Source of the DNA: Fistulifera solaris
Lineage: Eukaryota
Assembly (NCBI GenBank): GCA_030295235.1
Contig: AP026162.1
Location: forward strand, 682,001 to 746,000
Length of the DNA stretch: 64,000 nt
Direction: 5' to 3'
Below the pieces are notes generated by a model that saw only the letters and a list, made by a program, of their open reading frames with translations, was not told the origin of the DNA and ran no database searches. Below are positions 39,059-49,743 of the stretch, piece by piece. The position numbers were made by a program, and so were the translations under genes. Numbering within the stretch: position 1 is the first letter of the stretch; every line of letters begins with the position of its first letter.

Positions 39059-39540
39059 CTTTTGCTTATCGGCCGTCGCTTCGTCCCCCTATTTCACGTC
39101 GAACAAAATACTCTTGGGATGAGGTAACACTCACGATTGTTTCAAAGCTATAGACACCCTCGGCTTTTCATAGTATATTGTTCATTTGTTATTCATTTCG
39201 TCCCCGTCATCATCGATACATTACTGCATAATAGTGATTTAGCTTATCTTCGCAATCGCAATAATCCGCCGCTCTCATCTCTCATTCATATCTTGGAAAA
39301 TTGATCACGTCGTAGCACCACTAAAATGTACGTAAAACTACACCTTAGCCAATAGATGCTTCTCGTCCACGTTTTGATATTAAATTAGCTTAGTACCAGT
39401 CTCATTTGAACGGTCCTTGACGTAAGAGCATGCGATAGGTGCAAGTTTTGTGCGCCACCCATTCTTTTTTCGTTCGTTGGCCTCTTGGGTCTTGGTGTCA
39501 TTCATACTCTCCAGGTCTTCCAACTTCTTATCATTGCATC

Positions 39541-40121
39541 ATGTCAGGACTAGGAAGACGGACCCATTATCGAAAGCACTTAACTGACAAGGTGCTGAAT
39601 GATTTCCCAGTTCCGGCGGAAGATGAAAGCATAGCCAAGGTCGTCGCCACGCGTGGAGGCAACCAGTTCGACATTATTCTTCCCGGTGGATCGGAGGAGC
39701 AACAATTAGCTATTCTGCCAACGAAATTCAGAAAATTAGTGTGGCTGAAACGGAATGATTTTGTCATCGTACAGAGAGCAAAAGATGATTTGACGGGCGA
39801 TACGGAAGACAATCAAGATGCTGTCAAGAATGTGGAAACGGGAAGCATCCGTTTCATGATTAGTCATATTCTATACAAAGATCAAGTCAAACATTTGAAA
39901 TCGGAAGGATATTGGCCGGAAGATGACCCTAGATTCAACGATGCTTCTGCTGATCATGAAGCGGGACAACCCGTCGCTGCTGCCGAGGATGGTATCGTTT
40001 ACGAAGCCGAGATTGATTCCAGCGATGAAGACGTAGATAGAGATCTTTTGTGAACACAAACCGCATCGCAACATTGGCTGTTGACGATTCTTCTTCCGAG
40101 AGTGATGAGGACGGTGACTAA
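39541..40121 (+). CDS. EIF1AD: EIF1AD (eIF1A-like OB-fold RNA-binding protein)
   Basis: IAKVVATRGGNQF...LPTKFRKLVWLKRNDFVIV...GYWP. LFVNTNR tail is recovered by adding one T near 40047. Confidence 0.88.
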
Positions 40122-40425
40122 GTACAGAAACGCCTATACGCGTTTTCCGCAGTGAGCTGCCTGCATTTTCGCCCCGCTATGACATCCTTAGTCCCGCAAT
40201 CTTTTGAACTGCTAGATGGTTCATTGTGCGATCGAGCTTTTCTGTCACCCTGTCTAGGTTGCTTCTGCTTGGGGTATCACTCGAAAGATGCGTGTTGCAA
40301 ACCGTCCCCTAGCAACGAAAAACTAAGTTGAATACAACTACTCGATATAATCTTATACTTAGGCTACAAATAATCGCCGCTGGTTATATGGTCTCTGGTG
40401 ATTATAGCAACACTGTTTCCGGAAC

Positions 40426-40926
40426 CATGAGTAAATGGTAAACCCTGGGGTGAAGAGAAGTCCGTCTTCGCCCGTATCCTTTTGACTTTTGACCCCTGTT
40501 TTTCGACGTTTGACCGTCGTCAGACCCTTTCGCGCTGCTCAAAAAAATTGCAGCGAAACTTCACCGTGTAACATCACGGCATAATGCCGATCTTAGTTTC
40601 TTTACCATAATATGAAAGTATGATCCGACTCGGCGCCAACATTAAAAAATGATCTTTTATTATTTATTAAATCGTTTCCGTTTTCGGGGCCTAGTCGGAT
40701 CATAATTTGAAAAACGGTGTTGACATGCAAAGTTCGATCATTTTGTCGTGTTAATTACACGGTGAAAATTTTTCACAGGTCGAATTTCGACGAATGTCGC
40801 ACCTGACAAAATTCAAAATGGGGGACACCAATGCTGACATGCGCACAAGTCACAAGCGCGGTGTATCACGTAAAAAGCGGTCGAGAACAGACACATCTTC
40901 ACCCCAAGGTTTACCATTTACTCATG
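40426..40926. mobile_element. P-element-like MITE (501 bp)
   Basis: About 31-bp TIR CATGAGTAAATGGTAAACCYTGGGGTGAAGA with 1 mismatch. 7-bp TSD CCGGAAC at 40419-40425 and 40927-40933. Confidence 0.9.
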
Positions 40927-41167
40927 CCGGAACTATTGACTATTAGATGCCTGCACAATCGTGATTGAATCGGAGTCTTAGTCTTGCGTCACCTAGAGAT
41001 CTTGAGAAGGTTCCAGAAACTCTGAAACCAGTGTTTTGGGGACAAACCGAAATTTTGTGTACACTCCGGAAAATCAGAAATCACTCTTTTCGGCGAGGCA
41101 GATGATGCGATGAATGCATGATCGACGATGCGATGAATGTAATGGGCAATCACACAAGGCCATGAAT

Positions 41168-41305
41168 ATTTTCTGGACACGTGAAAATATCACGTCCCCA
41201 CATTTTCTGGACACGTGAAATGCCACACTCCCACATTTTCTGGACAAGTGAAAATATCACGTCCCACATTTTCTGGAAAAGTGAAAGTATCACGTCCCCA
41301 CATTT
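41168..41305. repeat. 33-34 bp tandem repeat, left half
   Basis: About 4 units of cccacattttctggacacgtgaaaatatcacgt (ttctgg at 41171, 41205, 41238, 41271). Confidence 0.9.
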
Positions 41306-44300
41306 GTTGCTGCAAGTACTGAAACTTCCGGGTACCCCAGTACAATTGTTCATTCCCGACTTCGACGAGAATTCCTTTTGTGCTCTCCCCCACTAATTCG
41401 ACCCTCGCGGTTTCATTGGTGAAGCCCATTTTGATATTCATTTTGATTTCAACAAAGTGATGAGTCGGTCAAACGCCGATCCCCATGGTTCGTCCAGGGG
41501 ATTCAGCGAGCCCTGACCCGCCCGGCTTGCAGGAGGCAACGTCCGGTACTCGGATCCCTAATCAAGGTACAGCAGCTGCGCTTTGTACTTAGGACGCGCT
41601 CAGTCTTGAGACACCCCTACTGTGTCGCTATAGGTACAAACACCCCCACTGTTGACATCACAGAAGTCTCGTCGCCCAGGCCTCGACCTCCGGGCCCTTG
41701 TTGCAATTGTTCCAAAACCGCAACATGCAAAAACCGACGCTGCTTTTGTCGTAAAAACAATCTTCGATGCACCAATTGTTTTTGTCGTGCCTGCACCAAC
41801 AAAAACACAGCTAATCCTTCCGATGATTCCACACCCAATCCACCGGATAGCTTTCCACCCCACATCGAACAAATTCCAGAAGCCCACCGCACTGCACTTA
41901 CCTTTCAGGGTGCGAGCAGAGGCTTCTGAATCATCCAATCACCAATTCACGACGCCAAATTCGTCACCGGACGCAGTGAATATCGCCTCCTACTCCGGAT
42001 GTCGATGACTCCCTATTTGTTCCTCCTGTTCGCGCCTCGAACAGCACAAGCACTCACAACCGATGGCCCCTCCTTTCGACGACCTCGTGCAAGAAATTGC
42101 CAACGATCTCACAAGAGTCCTTGGCCCTCCGCTTCTCACACAGGTTGATGGTGCTGATCCGATTGGTTTTATTGCCAGTGAAGCCCATTTGCGTTTGAAA
42201 CAAGTCTTTGGAGACTGGATTCACGACAACGATGGGACTCAACTCCATGGCAGTCTTTCAGCTGAGGAGGATTACGAGTGGCAAAAACGCTATGAGGATC
42301 TGTGTTCTTCTTCCCCTAATTATTACATGTTGCCCCTCGGTGGAGACACGGGTATTAAATTCCTCAATCAACTTGTTGCGGAATTTCAGGCAGTCCGGCT
42401 CCATCGCACCGCTTAATTTTGAACGTGTGATTGTCTTCGTGCAGGTGGTGCTTGCAAGCAAGCGTGATATCTCCGACGCCAAAGCAATCCGACCGTATTA
42501 ATGATCGTCTTGAGCTCTGGGCTGGGAAGCAGTATCAATTGCTAGTTGATGATACTCTTCTCGAGCGTAAATTCGAATTCGTGGACCGGTCGTTCGCTCA
42601 GATCTGGAAATTGCAGAGCGTTTCAGAAACACAGTTGAGTTTGGACGAATCAAAAGGCGATGCAACAGCTAATGGAATCAACGCAAGAAGGTTCTTCTGT
42701 TTTAGACCCAGAATCAATTGATTTGAAATCAGGCAAACCTGTCCGTGATGTTCTTGACGCAAAGCATCCTCCACAACGAGTTCCCGACTTGGAAAACGAT
42801 GAAGACCATTCTGCGTTCGAAGTACGATACTACTCCCGATGCGGTCCCTCTCAGAATGACAGCACAAAGTATTGAAGAGGCTGCTCGTAATATCAATGGT
42901 AGTGGAGGTCCTAGCGGCATTGATGCCAAAATGCTTCAGAACTGGCTTATCTGCTTTGGTGATGCATCATTTGCACTCACGTCAAGAGTTAGCTGCCTGG
43001 ACCGAGTGGTTAACAAATGGCGACCCACCGTACGCATCAATTCGAGCTCTAATGCATTGCAGACTCGTAGCATTAGACAAGAAACCTGGTGTTCGCCCTA
43101 TTGCAATTGGTGATATCTTCCGACGCCTAATAGATCAAGCGGTTTTGAAAGCAACTGGTTATCACAGCACGGCTGAGGCTTCCAACTTCAACCTTTCTGT
43201 TGGTTTGCAAGCTGGTATTGAGGGGGCACTTCATGCCGTTCAAAAACGCTTACTTGATTCTTCGATTATTTAGGCTTCTGATAGTTCAAGCTTGATACTT
43301 GACTTCTGATTCTTCGTCGGTACTTTCACTACCGTACCCGGGTGTTGGCTATGTTCCGCCCTCTTTATCTCCTTCGGATTCTGACAACAGTTCCACGACA
43401 TCAATGCTAGATTCTCAGACCGACCACGAGGGCGGTGGTATTGGTGGATGCCCGTAACGCTTTCAACGAACTCAATCGCCTGGTTATGCTGTGGACTGTG
43501 CGGCATCTGTATCCAGCAGGGGCCCGACTTATCTTTCATTCTTATCGGCACACGCCTATTCTTTTTTCTCTGAAGAGGTGAGGGAAAACCGTGCATCAAA
43601 CTTCACAGCCGCTGAGGGAATTACGCAAGGAGATCCCATGAGTATGATTATATACGGTCTTACCCTGGTTCCCTTGGCAAAACGCATTCGTGAAGCCACT
43701 AAGGATGTTGTGCAGCCATGGTATGCGGATGACGTAGCTTTAGCGGGTCCTGCAAGTCAAATAGATATCGCGATGAAGCTGCTTATTAAGTATGGCCCTG
43801 ACCGTGGTTACTATCCCGAACCCGAGAAAAGCCAGCTTGTTTGCATTGACCCTGAGTCCCGTTTGGCTTGTAGTCGGTTGCTAGCTGAATACAAGTTTTC
43901 GTGTGTGCCGTCGCCAGATACCTTGGAGGATTTATTGGGGATCGGAGCTATCTTGGGGAGTGGCTGTGTCCCAAAATTGAAGCGTGGATATCCAAAGTTG
44001 AAGCGCTTTCCATGGTTGCTCGGACTGAACCACAAGCAGCGTATGCGGCCTTCACAATCTCGCTACAAAATGAATGGGCTTACATTCAGCGCGTAGTTCC
44101 AGGCTGTGAAGAGTTTCTCAAACCGCTGGAGGTTGCCTTACGCACTTCTTTACTTCCAGCGATTCTTGGGGAGGCGGAGTCCGACTGTCGGTGAACTTCG
44201 AGAAATTACCACTCTAGCAACTAAGGCAGCTGGAATCGCCATTTCACGACCCTAGTGTGACAGCTCCGGTTAACTATGAAATTTCGGTAATGGTGACTAA

Positions 44301-45382
44301 GCCCCTTACGGATAGTCTAATGCAGAATTGAACTTGATGTGGCGGCTTATCATAAGCATGCCAAAGCAACCCGTACACGCTGCTAAGGGCGCCCGTATAG
44401 ACAGAGATTTGAAGACCCTGCAGCGCATCTGTAAAACAGAACGCCCTGTAGAAGTCAGAGCGTCTCGAAAGGGCTAAGGAGACCGGGAATTGGTTGACTG
44501 TGCATCCGATCGCATCAACGGTACCACCTTGTCATGTGACGAATTTCGTGACAGCATCCGAATCCGCTTAGGCCTGCCCTTACTTGGACTAAACGAAACC
44601 TGTGATGGATGCGGTGACAAATTCTCGTTCTTGCATTCACAAGATTGTCCACATGGTGGACTAGTCTCTATCCGACATGATGACATGAAGAAGGAATTTC
44701 TATTTATTTGTCAGCAGGCTATGCCCGACGAAACATTCGCTGACGAACCTCCCATCTACCCTGGTCGCGGACGCACAGTTGAGACAATGCATGATATTGA
44801 TGAAACTAGAGGTGATATCTCCGTGTATGAATTTTGGAAAAGACGTCGTCTCACCATGTTTGATGTATCTATCGTTGACACTGAGGCTGATTCCTATGTT
44901 ACCACTGACCCTAAAATTCTTTTTAGCAAGACGAAAAGAGAAATTCGACAAACATGGCCCCAAATGTGAAGCCCAACGTATTGATTTCACCCCGTTGGTC
45001 TTTTCCGGCAGATGGATTGATTGGAAAGCAGGCTAATCTTGCGATCAAAAAGCTTGCTGGGAAATTAGCACTAAAATGGGACAAACAGTATTCTGTTGTA
45101 TGTGGCTATGTCCGCTCTCGATTGAGCATTTCCTTAGTCCGTTCCGTTTCTATGCTGTTGCGCAGCCCGCGTAGTGGTTTGCCCCTTAGCTCTCATCCGC
45201 TTTGGTTAGATGGTGCTGGTCTGTCTATCTACTAACCTTATCCTCAATGGTGCTCCTTCGCGATCTACCGTTTCCCTTCTGAGCGTACCAGATACGTCGT
45301 ACAACTGATCCTCGTGTTAGACAAGCATAGTAGAGAAAGTAATACTATAAAGGACAAGTTTCAAAAAAAAAAAAAAAAAAAA
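41306..45382 (+). mobile_element. CRE-type non-LTR retrotransposon (CXC - RT - CCHC - RLE), disrupted reading frame
   Basis: GSGGPSG, RLVALDKKPGVRPIAIGDIFRRL, VDARNAFNE, GITQGDP, WYADD; CDGC...H...C, RHD, RGDISV...FDVSI (RLE). A20 tail at 45363-45382. Probable TSD ACATTT. Confidence 0.92.
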
Positions 45383-45540
45383 CATTTTCTGGATAAGTAA
45401 GGTTAGTGAAATGCCATATTCCCACATTTTCTGGGGACGGGAAATTCCACGTTCCCACATTTCTGGGCAAGTGAATTTACCACGCCCCCTCATTTTGGAC
45501 ACGTGAATTTACCACCCTCCCACATTTTCTGGACACGTGA
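45383..45540. repeat. 33-bp tandem repeat, right half
   Basis: The same cccacattttctggacacgtgaa units resume immediately after the poly(A). Confidence 0.88.
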
Positions 45541-45720
45541 GTTCGTGCGTGCATGTGAACGACCCGCCTATTTTTAGAAAGCAATCTCGTCCGCGTTGAA
45601 TTCCTTTTGCCCTACAACCTTCATCGACTTGCAAAAGGCAGTCGTGTTGCTGGTGATATTCATGATTTAACATTACTTCTTGCTTCTTGATGGTAGACGG
45701 TAACGGAAATTAGAATCAAT

Positions 45721-47565
45721 ATGGGAAAAGAAGAGAAAGAGTTGTATAGTAATAATTCTCAGAAACGCCGTGATGAGGATGACGACCATAAGGATCGAAA
45801 AAAGCGACGAAAGTCGCGCGCTCGTGATGATAGTTCGGAGGAAGAAAGAAAGCCACGATCCAAGCATAAAAAGAAGAGATCACGAGAAGAAAGAAAAAAG
45901 TCGAAAATCAAAGAAACGGAAAAAGGATTATAGCTCTTCCAGCGATTCATCTTCTGATAGCTCTGATGAATCATCATCAAGTGGTAGAGGCAAGAGTGCA
46001 CGACCGAAAAAGGTTGTGAACGATCGACTTTTGGCCAAATTGCAAGCCAGGGGAGAGACGTTGGAAGAGAGAAATGCACGCCGTGCGGAAAAGCGAGCGG
46101 CTTTGATCAGTCAAAAATTTGGGTACACCGTAGACAACAATCCGTTCAACGATCCTAATCTGCACGAAAAGTTTACATGGAGAAAAAGGAAGCACACAAT
46201 GATAGTGAACAGGCTCCGAAAAAGAAAAGACGACACGTTTTTTGAGATCGAAAAAGTCAGGCAGCGAAGAACTGAGCGAGATCTGCAGCGAGAGGAAATG
46301 GAACGAATTAGAGCGGAAGAGAGCAGAATGAGAGAACTTGAGAACTACGACGAGTGGGCAAAGAAGGAGGAAGAGTTTCATTTACAGCAGCAGCGACAGC
46401 GTTCTGCTATCAGACTTGTTGAAGGCCGTGAAAAACCTGTAGATGTGCTGGCGAAAAACCTCCTCTTGTTCGGTTTATCTGACGAAGACAAAAGAATCGC
46501 GCCTCTATCAAATATCAGGAAAAGTATAATGCAATGGAGGCTATGAAAACTTTGGAAGTAGAACTTGAAGAACCATACGCGCTGCTAAAAATGATGAAGC
46601 TTGACGAACTCGAGGAGCTTCGCTTGGATATAGAGTCCTTTCGACAGCTAGAGCGACAAGCCCGTGTCTCAGATTTCGAGGTGTCTGGAAGCGATTTCGT
46701 CCTCCGTTATTGGGACGCACTTGCCATCGTAGTAGATGACGAAATAAAACTGCTGAAAAGTGGCGGTGAAAATGGAAGTCATGCGAAAATGGTAGGAGAT
46801 GTCCAGAAAATCTTCTTTGGTCAGTCGAATGCAGATCTCAAGAAGATGAAGACCGAGGTCGAGAACAGACTTAGTTCGAGTGTAAAGGCTGGCTCTGACC
46901 GTAATTATTGGCTTTCGGTTGCAGAGCAGCTTGATGTATTTCTTTGCAAAAGCTTTTTATCGGAAGAGCACTCTAAGATGCTGGTGCGACAGCTTGAGCG
47001 ACTGGAAAAGCGTCGAGAAGAACTTGCTCGAGTTTGCGATACTGGAGCCAGTGGAGGAGAAGAACAGCCTGAAGAAAGAGAAATTGTGGTGGCCGAAGAG
47101 TCTTTAGATCCATTTCAATTTCCACACGGCGATCTTGAGGAGGAACTCGGTCTTTCGGATGAATTTGATTTAGCGGGCAAATCTTATAGCTGGCAGGACA
47201 AGTATCGTCCTCGTAAGCCTCGCTACTTTAACCGAGTCAAAACCGGTTATGATTGGAATAAGTATAACCAGACTCACTACGATAAAGACAATCCGCCTCC
47301 AAAGATCGTTCAAGGCTACAAGTTCAATATCTTTTATACTGATCTAATCGACCCGACAAAGACTCCGACATTCACATTGGAACCTGCTGATTCGAAGGAG
47401 TTTTGCATAATTCGGTTCAAGGCAGGCGCTCCATATGAGGATATTGCTTTCAAAATCATCAACAGAGAGTGGAACAAGTCCCGAAAAAGAGGGTTTAAGT
47501 CGTCGTTCGAGCGGGGAGTACTATCCTTGTATTTCAACTTCACCACGCACTGGTATAGAAGATAA
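45721..47565 (+). CDS. CACTIN: Cactin (spliceosomal)
   Basis: GYTVDNNPFNDPNL, EEEFHLQQ...IRLVEGREKPVD, C-terminal KYRPRKPRYFNRVKTGYDWNKYNQTHYD...LYFNF...YRR. Frameshifts present. Confidence 0.95.
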
Positions 47566-47800
47566 GTAAGTTTCGGAAAAGTCGTTCGAGCGAAAAGTAT
47601 TTTCCATTCATTTCAATTTCTTCGCGCTGGTATAAAAGATAAGCATATACTAAGGTTCTGCTTTGAAAATTAGGTCACTTGCTTTTCGCTGAACAGTTTC
47701 CAAACGCTTTGTGCTCGGTACCCATGCGCAGGTTCTTCAAGACAATAATTAGACTATATAAGTAACAATGATTGCCAACTGCGAATGCATAACAGCACAC

Positions 47801-49743
47801 TTACTGAGCCCATGTTGCTTGAAATGAATCCCATGTCTCGTCGGGCGGGTCCACAATCCTAATTTCATCAGCATTTTCCAGTTCCACGTGATAATTGACC
47901 AAGGGAGCTAGCTTCTTTACCGATTTCTGCGTCATCAGTAGAGGAAGAAGGTCAGCAACAGAACCCGCTTCGAAATTCGGCGCTGGGCATAGCACTTACC
48001 GGTACTTCATCGATGGCAGCAAGTAAAAGCTCTTCGGGTACAATCCGACCTGTAGAATGCGCTCTTTTCTATGGTGTTGATGTTAGTTGCGGCAACTTAA
48101 CACTGAAGGCAAGCTCAGGTGTTGACTTACAGAAGCCCTAGCGAGGACCATCTCTCTGGGAGCCGATACATGTATGATTGCAAGTCTAACGTGAGGATAC
48201 GTGCCTCTCAGTTTTTCAAAGTATTCCTCATACCAAGGAGCATCCCTCAGGCTTCCATCAACCAACACGTTCTTTCCTTCTTGTAGCGCAGCCAGGGTCA
48301 GAATTTCGCTTATAAGTCCGGCTTCTTTCCTGAGTTTTGAAGAAACATCAGAACGCATTGCGACGTTGAATTGTATCATGTACAGCGGGGTCCACGCCTT
48401 ACCTAGTAAGAGTGCCAGCATCTTCGGGACTTTGTTGGATGTATAGATGAAACTCCGGTAGATACCGTCGCAACTCGTCCGGATCCACACGGACGAAAGC
48501 AAGAAGGGGGAACAGACCTCTGTTGACCAAGTGTCGCATGGTGTAACTTTTCCCCGATCCCATTGCACCAGCGGTAAAAACGACCCACGGCTCTGTCGGT
48601 GTTGTGCATTTGTCGCCATGCTTGTCCGTAAAATATGTTGCGTCAAGAAACTCGCTAATGATTGCGTCTTGGAGCATCTGCCTTTCGAAAGTATAGTTTC
48701 GATGATAGGAATAATCCAATGTCGCCCGAATGTGGGCGAAGCGGCCATAAAACAATCGGTCATCCGATTGATGATTTTCTTCGGAGGAACGAAGAACGGA
48801 AAATAGTCGGTGCCGCTTGGGACAAACAGTGTTGTCTCCCGACGCAAGACGTTGAATATTCGGCACTTCGACAGACCGCTGCTGCCCAAAGATTGTAGCA
48901 AATTGTTGTCTAATCTCTTCGGTCGGCTGTAACCCGTCAGAATCTTTAATTATAGAGCAATAGTAATCCACGTCGGACTTTGATTGCTCGACAAAATCCG
49001 TCGGCCCTTTTCGTACATCCGATGTTCGTTCCAAGTCGGTCAAAGTGCCATCTGCGACTATTGCTAAACTTGGTATAACATGAATAAGTCCAACTTTCAA
49101 GGAGAGCGAAGACGTCCGTAGGCAATGAATCTTCTGTTTGCATGATGAGATGTCAATGCGTCTGGTCATGAAAAGTACATTTCGTCCCGATTGCAAGGCT
49201 GCTAGCATCAGAGTCTCTGCAATGTAGTCGCATTCCTTTTCAGTCCGAGTGTCCGCCAAGTCGGGAGACTCTCGGAGAAAAAAAGGCATATTCCGGAAGA
49301 TATTGTCGAATCTCATCCGTGTCGATAGTGACCATCGATGGAAACGGAAGGTGGTTCTTTCTTAACAGCTCTGCCATCGAGGACATACTCTCTGTTCCAG
49401 GAGCACAAACAACTAGAATAGCCCAAGGTTCGCATTGTAATTCAGCTGGAGAGGCGCTGTTCAGGATATCATCCATGATCGAGTCATGGAGCCACTGTCG
49501 CTGTTTCTGATAATGCGAATGATACGAGTAGTCCATCTTCTCCCGAATATGACCATAGGCACCGTAAAAACGTTTCTCATCATCTCGACTCCGAAAATGC
49601 TCTTCGGTCGAATCTTCCAAGCCAAACGGTTTGAATGAACACGAAGATGACAACGCGGGCATTCGTTCGGATGGCGCCGTCTCGTCGGGGGAACTGTTGA
49701 TTGCTGTAATGTCGTCAGCATTTATTACATGTTCAGGTAACAT
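47801..49743 (-). CDS. Zeta-toxin-like P-loop kinase with tandem duplicated domain
   Basis: Second domain FTAGAMGSGKS, VDPDELRRYLPE, KEAGLISE, VLVDGSL. First domain is homologous but its P-loop is degenerate. Two introns and a frameshift near 49240. Confidence 0.8.

Noticed and set aside
41306..41600. Self-cleaving ribozyme (HDV or hammerhead) in the retrotransposon 5' UTR
   Set aside because: gtgatgagtcgg resembles part of a hammerhead core, but I could not find a correctly placed GAAA or build an HDV fold by eye. It needs an Infernal/RNAMotif search.
3900..49250. Frameshifts in many conserved genes (LeuRS, BCAT, cyclophilin, ispH, p47, Rad21, PGM, JMJD6, UXT, EIF1AD, cactin) as pseudogenes or programmed frameshifting
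   Set aside because: Those I traced fall in homopolymer runs and are fixed by one base, and they hit essential genes. Long-read consensus error is the simplest explanation. Some transposon frameshifts may also be artefacts.
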